A stretch of 64,000 nucleotides of DNA from Setoptus koraiensis (Eukaryota; Animalia; Arthropoda): positions 8,866,001 through 8,930,000 of the forward strand of contig CM106586.1 of assembly GCA_048013815.1 (NCBI GenBank). Reading direction: 5' to 3'. The position numbers and the translations under genes were made by a program. Positions 41,001 to 55,008 of the stretch are shown here, one piece after another. The notes beneath the pieces are model-generated. The model saw nothing but the letters and a program-made list of their open reading frames with translations, did no database searches and was not told where the DNA came from. Positions within the stretch are counted from its first letter, which is position 1. The number at the start of each line of letters is the position of its first letter.

Positions 41001-44000
41001 CCCGCTATCGCGTTGCTAGTGAGGCCAAATTTCGCGAGCGATGTTACATAATAGTGCTATTAATAGCAGCCGACGCCCCTATGTACCCGTGAGTCCGTCG
41101 CTAACTGCTGCTGCTGCCGCTGCCGTGTACGAGATAACTGTTTTTGTGCGACACAGTAATGATGCAGCCAAACTCACTGACACTCATTGTTTTTTGTCGT
41201 GACATCCCTACTACTCACGGCAAGGGCCGCGGCGCCGTCACGCCGTCGCCGGCCAGAGTTTTTTTTTTTTTTTCGTAATAGATCCCTCGCTCGACAATTG
41301 TCATTGATTGGATTCGATGGCTCGATGCTCGCATTGGGGCCCCAATCAAACGACCGAACAATGACTGCTGTGCCTGGCAGCATCATGCACTGCGCAATAT
41401 GACGGGCAATATGACGAGCACGTGGCGGATCGCGTGAACTTGAATTGGTCGTGTCAGTTGATTAAGGGCTCGTGCAAAATTCGTGACAAACATCCGAGCC
41501 ACTAACCAACGCTCAATTACACCAACGCGATACTCCAACGGATCCGCTAACTGGTCGCAAGTTGGATCGTGGTTCGGGCTGCAGCGATTCGCTCAGCACC
41601 CGAGCCGATGATAGGGGCCAACCGAATCGGGCCCAATTGGCGAAAATCGCTTTTCGGTTGGTTTCAGTCGACCAACCGATTCTCTTCTGTCTGCAGAAGA
41701 GAAAAACAGAATCTCTCCGCTTTTACGCTATGTGCGGCGTGTTTCAGCAGTCCAGAAATTTGTTTCACGACGAAATTTTTTCCTCTTTTTATGACGATGC
41801 ATATCATGCAGAAAGATTTCTTAAAAAAGATTATCGTCGATGCTTGACGGACGCACTGCAAAAATTGCATAGCCTAAAGCCGAAATAGGCGAGCCGCTTG
41901 GCCCCAGCGGTGATGCCGGCCGTGCTCGGCCCCGTCGCCGGCTGCCCGAATGATGGCCGGTCTGGCCATGAAATCTATGCTGTGCTCGAATACATGTAAA
42001 ATAATGTATGAATAATTGATTTTCCGCTTCCTGTTGTTACAGCAATCGAGCCGCTGAGCGGGTCTGGCAAGATGCATAATTGATTGAGTTTTTATGCTAA
42101 TCGCCGACGATAATTGCAGCCTCGCTCAGAATGTTCGACAATCTGGTGGGCAATGACGATTAACCTGTGTGCCGGTTTAAATGCGTATTATTTGCAAACA
42201 ATATATTCAAACGTTGAGTCAGGTTTTCGGCCGGCTGTGTGCCCTTTGAAATCAGGGGAAGTTGTTCGAATGATTCGAGAGGATAATTCGAAGCCTAAAG
42301 GGGAGTCGGATGGGGCGATTACTAATGGCTGATTAGCATTATAAATGTCGGACAGGCGGCCGGGCAAGCGGCCCGGCAAGCGGCCGGACAAGCGGCCGGA
42401 CGAGCGGTTGGCGAGAAAAACAAGGCTTCGACAGCAGGAAACAAAAGAGTGTGTCGTTGAGTCGGGCCCGGAATTCGCCAGCGTCACGTTGATTTGACTG
42501 GTTCGAGTCGACTGCGCCGATTATGCCGACCATTCGGACTATTGCGACTATGCCGAATATTCGGACAGAATGGTGGACAGGCTGGCCATTTGGGCATGAA
42601 TTGATATGATATTTGGACATTGGCATAATAGGCACTCTGCGCGAGCACTTTGGCCGGCTTAATCACAGCGAATAATCTGAATAATAATCGCAAAATTGGC
42701 CCTACATGACAGCATATCATTAGAGTGTCCGCTCGGGTTTGAGAGTGTTTCGGGCCTGCCGGGCGAGCCCGAACCCCGACAAAATACCAACGGGCCATTA
42801 GATTCGTCCAGAGGCGGATATAACGGCGGCGCCACAACAGATTTGCATATCTGCCATCCATACAGACAGATTTGCCGTTTGGGCGCAATGTAGCGCAGCT
42901 ATACCGCGCTCAAACAGATATAATGCGACTCGATGAGCCATAATGAGTCACAATGAGCGCCCCCCGTACGAACACTGCTGATACACGGCAGCCAGCAGCG
43001 AGACAAAAGTGGGGCCCGGCTCATTAGAATTCATGCACTGCCGCCGGGCCAATTAAGAGCGAAAGGTCACGGGCTAAATGGTAGTTAGGCCGGCGCCGCT
43101 ATTTAGCGACCCGTGCCGGCGCCGGCCGGCATCTGGCGGCCAATTTCTGCATATCACAATATACGTTGTAAGTATATTGTATCCTGGCTTGACAGTTTGT
43201 TGCTTGTGCCTAGCGCTAGACGTTGGCCCGTGTCGCAAATTTGGCCGGTTATTGTGCATACACGGCAACATTATTTATAGACCGACTTGTAGCGCGGGCC
43301 CCACGCTGAGAGGCACAAGTTGTTGCGAGCTAATGGCTATAAGAATTGGCCGAAAAAATGACATATTCATTGGAGGCATTGGCGGGCCCGCTGGGGCCCC
43401 GACTGTCAGACGGTGTCGCTGTTGCCGAATGAATTTTGCCGTTTTGCCGGCTAGTTGCACACACACACACTCGCGACGACAACATATGGCAGCGGCCGGC
43501 TAAATATTAAATCTAATTTGCATACAAACTAGACGAGCGCCACGAGAGACAATGCGCGCTATGACAACAAGGCACAATGTTGTCACATTGTGACGCATTG
43601 GCGGCGCCGGTCAGCCGGCCAGCCGTCGCCCGGGCGTCATTAGCCGGCCGCGTGGCCCCCCCCCCCGTTTCAGTCGGCTGGCGATGACGAGTGGCAAGTG
43701 GGCAAAAAGTGGCCGACGTTTGGCGAAAATTTGGCGCGCAATCTGACGGCCGCTGTCGCCAATATCGTCAACGGCGCCGTCAAGCGAATGAATTTTGCAT
43801 CAAAAGTTGCCAGCAAAAACTCAGCTCGGCAAGTGTGTGAAACTCATTATTTCGCCATGATTTTCAAACATTTGCAACATTTCAGACATTTTCGCGCCCC
43901 GAGCGCCAGACAGCCCGGCGAACGTCTGGCGAGGGGCGCTCGGGCGAGCCAGCCAGCCAGCCAGCCAGCCAGAGAGCGAAAATGCAATGTAGCATTTTCG

Positions 44001-47000
44001 ACAAGCAACCAAGCCGAGTTACGGTGTGGCGTGTATTATTGATGCAGTTATATTGTGTTGTCACGTCACAATTTTGCATTGCGCTGCAAAGTCGCATGCA
44101 AATTTATCTGTTTGCTGGCTGGCGTTTGCACTTGCCGGAGTGGGGAGACTCGAATTGGAGGGAGGGGGCGACATTCGATTGCTCGGCGAGGCGGCTCGAC
44201 AGTGGCGCGCTGAGGCTGGCGAGACTCTCGCGGCGAGACAGTGCCCACGGCGATGAGAATGTTGTGAAAACCTTGTTATGTGGCCCCTTTGTTATTGGAT
44301 TGTCTGTTGTTTGCTGGTGCAATCGGGCGCGTTTGCGGCCTGTTTCTGGCACTTGATTCAATTCTTATTATTTATTATAAACCGGCAAAACTGGCGCCCG
44401 CGGATACACGAACGCGGGCGCTGAACCGCTGCCCGCGTTCGAGTGCCCGGCCCTCGTGCAACTGTGGCCAATATTGTATCGCAAATATTGCGGCGCGAAC
44501 GCGTGAGGCCCATTGATTGGCATTATTCGGATCGGCGCTGTTCGGGTAGGCGTCATTCGGATCGCGTTGGGCGCATGCATACACGCCACGGCGTTTGCAT
44601 CCGCTCGCCGGCCCGCATTGGCTCGCCCGGCAATATCGACCGGCTCGGCAATATCGGCAGGCTCGGCAATATCGGCAGGCTCGGCGATATCAGCCGCCGG
44701 CCCGGCGGAGCAACGCGAAAAGGGCTGAACGGCGGATTACGTAATCCATTTATGGGGATTGCCGGCGAGAGAGAGAGAGCGCAAAATTGCCCAGAATGCA
44801 ACGCAAAATCGAGCGAGAGAGGGCGACCCAGCCATGCAGCATATCGACCTAATGGACAGGCAATTTTCCATCGATTCATTTAATGAACTTCGCCCGCAAC
44901 CAAAGTCGGCCCTGCCTGCTAAATACGCCATTACGTAAGGTGGGGGCCCCTCGTTTGATGTGATGCATCGTTATCGTTATTGTTGCCGCAACTGGCCACC
45001 AATCAGCGTGATATATAACGTATAACAACAATATAATGTAGGGTCGTTATATAACGCTCATTGTTGTTGCAACTTGGCGAGCCCGGCATTTGCAACAAAT
45101 ATTGCCGATTGTGGCCGGTGAATGGCGCTCAGCAACGTATGTGATTGCAGTCGGCATTTGGCAGTCGGCAGTCGGCATTCAGCAGTCGGCGGCCCCCGAA
45201 TCAGCCGTTGGTGTGCCGTCGGGGCCCCAGCGGCCGTAGCGGTTATTATAAAAAAAAACTTATTACAAACAACTCTCATTAGTAACGTCATTGTAGCGAC
45301 TGGACGCCCAATGGCAACAATGCAAATGGGGCCGGCATTGTGCCCCCGGTGATGATACTCACTGTGTATAATATATTGTTTGGGGCGCCATCTAATGATA
45401 ATATTGCATCATCACAGCAGCACAGGTACACAGCGGGCGCTCGTTGTAGAGACGGGGCACGATTGCGGTACGACGGTTCGGGTAATTGATAGGCCAGCCG
45501 GCGCGCAACACACCGGCTAGACAGTGTGATATTTTACTTTTGTTTGGCCAACCAAACAAAAGTAAAATACAACAAATCGGCGGGCGCGATCAATTGTTGG
45601 TTGCAGGTTGAAGGTTTATTGCAGCAACACGCCAGATAAATAATAATAAATCCGCTGCAGCGCCGCGATAAAACGGTGATACTCGGCCTATGCCGATATA
45701 GCGGATATAATAGTGATACAAGCGGCCGATGCAACCGTTATATCGGCGCTTGCATTGGCCGCGTATATCGTGTCTGGGCCAGCCGTCGGCGGGCCTCATA
45801 AAAAGCTGTTTCGCGCGGCTTCGTATTTTGTTGCGCGTTATGTTGTGCGTTGTTTATACGTAAACAACACGGGCGACTTTGCAACAACAGTCATGTACAA
45901 TGGCGCCCCGGTTCGCACAGGTAACATGGGGGCCATGGGTAACATGGGGGTGTCTTCGTGCGAGCGCGTTGTGGGCCGGGGGACAAGGTCAGCGGGGGCA
46001 CGCCGTGTTTGTGTGTCTCTGGCGGTTATTACGGTCATGCGGCGTGTGTGTGTGTGTGTGTAACAGCAGCAGCAACAACAACACCGACGACACCAACAGC
46101 GACAACACCGACAACAACAACAACAAGAAAAAGAAGCTGTTGGGGGATAAAAAGAAACAGCAACAAACTTTTGCTTTTTCTCGCTTTCGCTCGCCCTCGC
46201 CGGGCCCACTGACGCGCTCGTGCGCCCGAGACACACACACACGCACGCAGCCTGCCAGCCAGCCAGACAACAATGGATGGTTGTAATGGAGCCCCGGCGA
46301 GTAGCCAGCCAGAGATATGGGCAGAGGGGCGCGCGTATAAATAGAAGAAGAGGAACACAATGGAATCGCGCGCCCAATATACGCCGACTGCCGACTGCAT
46401 ATTGGCTGTCTCGCCAGCGCCCCTGTCGGCACTCACTTACGTAATACACTTATGCCTGGCGCATTGTTGTGTGTTTGCGTGCGTTACGTAATGGCCGTTG
46501 AGCATTGAGCAATGGGGCCCCAGCGAGCGAGCGGCGTCACGGGATCAGGCGGCGGCGGCGGGATAGAGCGGCAGCAGCGAGCGGCAGCAGCAACGCGAAA
46601 AGCGGGCCAAGTGCGGCTCAGGTGAGCGGCGGCGGCCGGCCGGCCGGCCGGGCCGAAGCGGGTAAAAAATCGCAAAGCGCAAAGTACCGAGCGGCATCAT
46701 TATCAGCGGTTGCCGTGCGGGTGCGCCCGGCAAAAGAACGCGTCGGCCCGACAGCAGCAGCAACAACAACAACAACAGCGACAACAACCGCGACAACAAC
46801 AACAACTGCAGTAGTAGTTTCAATTTTACAATTACGTGATCTTTTTCACCACTTGCAATTGCGCGTTTTGTGGGCCCTGCGCGCCAAATTAAATTCCTCT
46901 GGTTAATGGAAACCGGAGGAATTCCCGCCGCACACTGGCGCCGCCACACCCGCGCGCCCCTACACGCTGGCCCTATCCGGTTTGACAATTTCCGTTTGAC

Positions 47001-50000
47001 ACAATCGCTGCGTGTGTGTGTGTCGCCGCGGTGGCACCAATTTACAATTTACTCCTCATGTCGCTGATTGCCACGATGATACACTTTGCATAATGCACTG
47101 GCAGCGCCAGTGACGGACAAACCGGCAGCGGCGCTACTGACGGCAGCGGCGGCAGGCGGCGTGTACCGGTAGTGTGCGGCTCGGTGTGCGCCAGAGCGGT
47201 GGAGCTTTTTTTCAGTCGCATTTCGCCAGAAAAAATCCTCCCGTGGAAGCTCCAAAATTCCCGTTCGGCATATAATGTGTTCGCATATAATGCATGCACA
47301 TTATATGCATGCACTCGGCAGAATGGCTTCTAATTATTGTCGCGGCGCAAAAACTCAACTCGTTGCCGTGATTCATTGACTGGCGGAAGCCCGAAATCGA
47401 TCTCGTTTTCGGGGCCCCTTTTTGCGCTCTGGCCACGCTCGCTTGCGCACAGCGCATTGTCGCGCTGCAGCAGAAAAAAAAACGCACTTTTCAAGGCCCT
47501 CGCACTTGTCAGATAGCACGCCCAGGGACGGGCACCGGGCGAATGGGGGCGGGCGGGGGGGCCGCTGAATACCGCTGAATGGTGCTGAATGGCGCTGAAA
47601 TGAGCGCGCGCGATGGCAGTTTTTCGAAGGCGGCGAATTTTTTCAGCCGCCCGCGAATCGGTTTGGCAGAAAATGTCTGCCCATTAATTCGCCGTTAGCC
47701 GGCGCCCCCGTCTGTCTGTCTGTTATTATGTGTGCTCGGCTGTGTGACAGGCCAGAAAAGGCAGCCAGATAAAACAACAAACAGAAGAATATGATTTTGC
47801 TGCTCTGAATGATGCCGTCTCATGACATTCAACAATAACAAATCAGCCAGCTCGCTGAGGTGGATAATTGTGGAGGCGCACAACAACAACAACAACAACA
47901 AAGTTGCTAGCTCGGCCTCGACGGCGCAAAACGTGAGCTCGCGGCTCACGGCGGGGCCCCCGCATGCCGCGCCGGCTGATGGGGCCCGGCCAGCAGAGTG
48001 GAACAAAGAATCCGGGGGGCTGCTGCCGTTCGCGACGGGCAACGCTTGCAGCAGCGCGTTATGTTGCGTCACAAGTCGTGACATTTGCACACGATTCGAG
48101 GGGCAACGCACAGAAGGTTAAGCTGTCGCCAATGATTGGTGACCACTGACTACAATTATGACGTCGTTGGACGAGCCCGCCTAATGCAAAACAATTTGCA
48201 CTGGCGCTGGCATGACAGCCACGTCCACTTGACAGCGAGCTCTCGAGCGCCGGGCCTCACCCGTGCCGTGGCTCGAGAGCTCGAAGGGCGACATTCGAGC
48301 GAAATTCGGCCGAAATTGCGCCGAAATTCGGCCGAAATGCGATGTCGGGCCGGAATTCAAGCCCGAATCAGCGCGCGCTTCCTGATGCGTCTGTGCCAAT
48401 AATCCAGATCAGGTGTACGCGTCGGCCGAATGTGTCACGTGTTGTGGGCCAGTTGTTGTTGTGCAGCGAAGCAGCAGTAGCAACAACGCGCGCGCCAACA
48501 ACCGAATCAACGGAAGTGAATGTGGCCGCCACCGGAATGCGATTATTAAAGTTGGTGCGCGAGCGGACGGGGCGCTGTTTATTTTCGGCCGCCGTTGTCT
48601 GGGTGGCCTTCGCGTTGCGATAAGTCAAGTCGCGAGTAAGCTGTCGATAAGTTGAATGAAGTAACATTTGTGCCCAGATTTTGCCCAATCGGTCAGCTAA
48701 ATTGGCCGGCCCCACTAAAACGCGCTTGCCGGCTGAATGGGCTTTGGCCGGACCAAAAAGTTGACCGAGTCGGCCGAGCGAGCGCCATTGCATAATATGG
48801 TGGGCCCACGGCCCGATTAGATTGTGTGCTATTTGCATACTGATGAGGCCGCAAGTGGCCGAAGTGGCGACACGGCCGCCAGTCGAAGGCGGCCCCATCG
48901 GCCCGTCAGTGTGATCTGTATCAGTGGGCGCGCATTTTTGCGCAACTTGATTGAACTGGTGAAACTGGCGCTGCAAAAAGCGCCAGTTTGTGGGCCGGAA
49001 AAACGGGCTCGCCAAACACGGCCAACAGCCAGCCAAACGGGGCCAGCAAGCAAAGTCGCCCAAATACTGGCTGCGAGAGATTGAATAGACTCGCCGAGAG
49101 TGTCTCGGCGCAGCGCGAATATTTCGCTCGGCGCAGTGCTGCGCAAGCCGGATGGTGGGCCAAGTTGGGAGAAAAAAACGCGCAAACGGGGGGCCCGAAA
49201 AAGGAGCAAAGTTTTTTCTACGTTTTTCTCTGTTCGTCGTGGGCCCGGCGAATGGGCGAGATGTCGCACACAATATGATTGTGTGCGCGCCTATTCGGGC
49301 ATAATGCCGCTGATAAGTGGATAATGTTGTCCCCTGTCGTTCGGGCAACCTCATCCGTTGCCTTATCGCGTCTTATCTCACCTATGGCGAGTCGGCGCGC
49401 TCAACTCAATCGAATTCAATCGAAGCAAGCGCCGCACAACTTATCTGGGCCCCAAATCAGCCTATTTCTGTGTGCGCCTATTTTTGGGGGGCGCGTGCCG
49501 CTGGCTGGCCGGCTTAACTGGCGACCGGCCGTAGATAGCTGGTGGCGATAAATAACAACACAACTACTACATCTTAGCCCGAACAGAATGTTACATAGTT
49601 CACCAGAGTGTCACTTTTGCTCTCCTCGGTTAGCTTATTTTGTCGCGCTATGTTGCTCGTACGCTGGCGCCCATTGCGCCAGTCCATTGGAGCCCCAGAT
49701 ATGCCCTGGCCGCACATTTAATTGCACGCTGGCCAACACCTTTCGGCTGTGGGCCGGGCCCGGCGTGAAACGACCATAGGCGCAACGAGGGGCGCCACGA
49801 GCGCCGTCCCGAGAGCCTCCTAAAGTTGCCAGCCAGCCACGATGAGCGGACCAATGCCAAGGGTTGTGCAAATTCACAATTGTCACGACCACCGGCGACC
49901 GCCGGTCGAAATTTGAATCGACAGCGAAAGGCGCCCCCAGGCGACAACGATCGCCGGCAAAGCAAATTTAAATTTGTCTCTCACTTTGGGTCGTCTATTC

Positions 50001-53000
50001 ATTTCATTTCATTTTATCTCATTTCGATTCGATTCGATGCCCCTAGCTCGGCGCGCGACCCTCCGAAGGTCGCCCCGCGCCCGCTCGCCTCTCGAAGCGC
50101 CCCCTCGATCGGCGTGTATCGCGGCCGGTCACCGTGCCGCATTGGGCGTATTCGTGCTGTTTTATTCCAACTGCGTGCATTGGTTACGTCACTTGATTTG
50201 GTTGCCTCTGCAATTGCGACTAGCGATTTGCGACTTGCATTTCGCGACTAGCGACTTGCATTTCGCGAGTCGCGAGTCGCGACTAGCGACCAGCGATAGT
50301 CTCATCTCGGCGCGCCTCGTTTTGTTTCTGGGGCCGGCCGATTTAATTTATTTAACCGTTAGTCGCGCTCACTCCACTGATAGTATATATATAAAACGGG
50401 GCCGGCTTAGTGGCGGCGGCGCCCGGCGTCGTTAGTGGCGCTCGTCAGCGGGCGAATCTCATTTAAAAGTGCATGATAAATTGTGTGCGCCAGAGGTGAA
50501 TCGCTGTTCAATTGTCTCGCCACTAAGCGCCACCGAGGGCGCCCCTATGCGCTTGCAACTCGAGACACCCAACACCGGCAACTAATTCGGCAAATCTTAA
50601 TGTATAAACTAAATAAAGTACCTTTAACTTTCGATCCCCTCCGTTGCGGGAGCCCTGGCAAGTGTGCGCCCACTGCATGCCCCCGCTAACGCAATGATAA
50701 ACATTGTTTATTGCAGTCTTTGATGACGCAACTATAGACCGAAAACCGTTAAGAGAGTTTAGAGAGAGAGGGCGCCCAGAGCGAGCAAAGTGCCGGCCAG
50801 CGAGAAGCCAAGCTGAATTGAATTAGATGGAACAGAATTAAATTAAACTCGCCTCGCAGTCCACTTTTACAGCCAGTCGGCGGCTCGCCGGCGAGCTGCC
50901 GAGCCGCCGACTGGCCAACACTCTCGCCTCTAATAATTCTAATTCTAATTTGCTTTTTCGGGGCCCCGCTGCCAACACACAATCACTGGTGACCATATGA
51001 TCCGTTGCGCAACATATCGCGACGATCTGAGCATACCTGTGTTGCGTCATGGCGCGGGTCTGGCGAGTCGCTGCATAAAGTTGGCACCCGTTGCAGTGGC
51101 GCTGTTGGCACAAGCCCGACAATTAAATGAATGAACTTTGTTGCCGAGAGCTCAGGTGAGTGTCTCTGGTTTTCGCAGTGCCTCGGCTAACGGTTAGTTG
51201 GGCAGGCAGGCTAGGTTAGTGATGATAGTATACATATAAATGCTCTTGGCGCTCATAGGTGAGAGTGATGAGATGAATCAGCAGCACCAATATCGCACAA
51301 TGTTTCACAGTGTTTCACAATGTTGTTGTTGTTGTCGCTGCTGTTGCTGTTGCGTCATAATGTTTGTCAGTGGGCCAAATATAGTAATGGCTTCGTGACT
51401 GTTTGCCTGGCCCAAGTGCGACTCACTGAGTTGTCTCACAGAGTTGCTTGCTGTTGCCACCGACGCAACAACACTACATTAATATGCTCTCACTGCTGAG
51501 CTACAGGAAATAAATGGGCCGCGAAACGTAACGGTGATATATTATTATACGATATTATTTTACACAACATGCCTAGTTTGTTTTTTAGCGGCGTGTGCAG
51601 CGCCTCGGCAGCGCCTGACTACGCCGCTAACAGCGCTGAGAGCTCCCCGAAAAAACGCAACTGCAAACTGATGATGTCATCCCGACTTCTCTTCGTTTTT
51701 GTTTGTTTTGCGGCGCTCCTCTCCAGTTGCCATTGTTATTGTTGCCCTTGTTGTAGTTGTTGTTGCCGCTGTTGTTACCGCTGTTGTTGTTGCCGCTGCT
51801 GTCGCTGCTGTTGTCGCTGACGTTGTTGTTGTTGTCGCCGTTGTGCTGTTCGACGGCGAACCACTCAATCATACGGTGCTCCGATAACTCACTGTAAGCT
51901 TGATGGGGCCATCTATCATTTGACATATACAGCCCAACGAGTTGGCTTGAGTCAAAATAAATAATTGGAATAAATAATAATAGATAAGCAACAATCACAC
52001 AAGCGAACACAACCGAATGGCCAAAATCTCTTTGCCCGTCCTCGCTAATGCAGGCTTTGTCGCGGATGAAAAACGCCATCAAGTTGATCAGTGGGCCCAC
52101 TAAAGCTCCACTATCGCCCCCAAATGAGTGGCCAGCGGGGCCAGTGAGCCAATTGACAATGGCCCCTGATCAAGACAGCTGCTGCTCACATGGCCTGATC
52201 GATCTATTATTGTTTGCGCCTGTTTGGTTGCGCCCCGAACACCGGGCCCAACAAAAGTGGCCAACCGAGGCCCCGACAACAACTCAAAAATCGAATCACT
52301 GTAGCTGAAACAGAAAGATCACAATTACGCTTAATCAGCCTAACCGTCATACATTGCGCTTCGGTGCTTCGGCATCCGCCAGGCGGCACATTTCGAAACA
52401 GGAAAGCAAATTTGCAAACTTTCGTCTCCTCTCTCTCTCTCTCTCTCTCTCTTATTTCGTAGTTTTAGATTTATTAGCAAACCAATCGTTCAGAATGCGC
52501 TGCAGATATTTTAGGCTGAAAAATGGTCAATATTTACCTTTTTGTATTTAGTTCGGCTAATTATTTTCGCGTGCCTCGGATTGCCATTTGACGCTATGTA
52601 ACGCTCGAAACAGTGTGCGCCAAGACAGTGATGGCACTTGAACAAATATAACAGTGATTGATTGTTGGATGCGTTATTAATTGCTGATACTAACTTGTTG
52701 TTGTTGTTGCTGCAGCTGGAAACGTGACGGTCAGTGTGAAATGTGAGAATCACTCACTTAACAATTGATTGAGTGTATCTAATGATTGCATAACGTAATC
52801 TATTATTTGATTATTTGTTTGTCATTTGGTTATTTGCTTACTTTTGTTACTTAATATTTGCCTTAATAACTTAGTATTTGCTGCTTGTTCACTCTCCCCT
52901 CGTGATATGATTATTTGATCATTCAACTGATGCAATCGACGCCCATCATTCATTCATACTGTTACGGCCACTATCTTGACCAATAGTTTTACTAAGCTTG

Positions 53001-54471
53001 CCAAACTAACTCACTGGCTAACTGTTTATCTCTTAGTGACTAAACTGGCAACTAATGCCAGTCGAGACTACCGAGCGCCTCCAATCGACGGCATCATGTT
53101 TGCCCGAGAAAATGCCTTCGAAAGCTAAGGAGCATGCGCAGAGGGGCCCGTTTAGGAACTCAACCTGCCATCTAGCACCACCGGAAAACACTAAACTAAC
53201 CTCAATAGGATCTGAATTTTCTCCCTTTATGCCAGTTGTACAACCACATGATTCCATGCAGCATGAGTCTAATGCAATGTCGCATTTTTCATACATGAGC
53301 CCACCCATAGATCCTTCTAGGATGTTCGCAAACCTCACTCTCAGAACTATCAGCTAGACTCATTGAGTTTGTCTAGTTTATTAACCGATTCTAACAAGCT
53401 TTGTAAGCTACTCAATTGATCCAATATCAATTCTTCATTGTATGTGCCAAGAATGGCCTTTATTTTCTATTATGGAAACACGGAGAGGGAATGGTCTCCC
53501 ATGGCGCTGGCCCCAGTTGTAGGAAGAATTTTGCGATCAGGATCTCGGGGCTCATAGAATGTTCCGATCCGCGATCTGGGTGATTTTCTGTCGTTTGCTC
53601 TCTCGCTCACCGATACATTTATTCTGACGGCGATTCAGAAGTCGATTCATAGAGTTCTCGTAGACGCCACACGGCTTCTTTCACAACCTGTAGGAATATG
53701 AATATTGTCATGGACAACATGTCTTCATCGATAGACTAGTATGAATGGCAGTCGCTGTCTGTTTCATATTAGCAGCTTATAACAAATCGTGATATATATT
53801 TTGGGATGCTTTTTTTATATGCTCAACGAACCTTAGGTGCCTTATAAGTCATCCATAGCAATGAAGTAATAGCGCGAGCGGAATCGAACCAATCGTTCTA
53901 CATATACCGCCCATACTGTCTGTACTTCAGATAAAATAAGAGATAAGGAACTTTTTGAAGAATCGATCGACGCAACAGTAGATTTGCATCTAGATAGTGC
54001 ATCGCGGTGAGCATATGTTTTAGTGAGAATTAGGGCGAAAAATGATAGCGAATCAAATGTATGTGATGAAAGATCTGATATTATTAATAGATCTGTGCTT
54101 CCTACGATTTTATAGTCCATGGCTCTTACCTTGGATCATTGTTTCGTTCTAACAAGGTCAACCCTTTCAGCATGACACCGATTCCGACGTGACTCAAGCC
54201 CATCTGAACTCTCCTGTTTCTGGGTAACAAGAGAACATAATTGATTACCCCGGGAAATGAGGAAAAATCGTTCACTCCGCAACACGATGCGAAACTTTCG
54301 CTGCGAAAGAGTTGTTTTGAATTTTGCGCCGGGGAGATACGAATCCTGATTACATTTGACTCGTGAGATAGTGAGGAGTAGCGAAAATAACATGTGACTC
54401 TTTCGCCACAATCTGGACAGTGATCCGTTCGGACAACCACTCTTTACTATAAAATAGACATCTACCGGGAC

Positions 54472-54873
54472 ATGGAGATAATTGATGAATGCTCGGCATT
54501 ATTATCCAACCGTGAGGTACTAGAAATATTGCAAGAGACCCTAGACAAGGAGGCAAAATCTGGGAATAAATTCAAACATCAGACAAATCTGGCCACCATA
54601 CTATATGAGACAATTAGCTACTTAGACTCAACACCGGCTTCTAGTGAGACGAGGACAGGCATCTCAGAGTTGCTGAATATCTTCAAGGATAACAAATATG
54701 ACCTGACAACTTTGGAGAGGATACAAATAGTCAATCATAGGCCCTCCACTTTGGTTGACCTGCATGCCATCATTGAAGTTAGTGAGGAGAGATTTACCCA
54801 AGAACAAATGTGCCACATGGTCGAATGTATACAAGCCAAACTACATAATCAATCTAAACAACAGCAACAATAA
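54472..54873 (+). CDS. CRCP: RNA polymerase III subunit RPC9 / CGRP-RCP
   Basis: SALLSNREV, NLATILYET.SY, LTTLERIQIVNHRP and EVSEERFT match the RPC9/C17 family; intronless. Confidence 0.93.
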   Translation: MEIIDECSALLSNREVLEILQETLDKEAKSGNKFKHQTNLATILYETISYLDSTPASSETRTGISELLNIFKDNKYDLTTLERIQIVNHRPSTLVDLHAIIEVSEERFTQEQMCHMVECIQAKLHNQSKQQQQ

Positions 54874-55008
54874 CGGATAATTTCTGTTGTAAACTCGGCG
54901 AATTTTAAATATCGCGCACAGAGACACGGATAGAGCAAGCTGAAGTTGAACACACGTGATTATTTCATTTTTTATGTGACAACGACTAACAGAGATATTT
55001 CTATCAAG

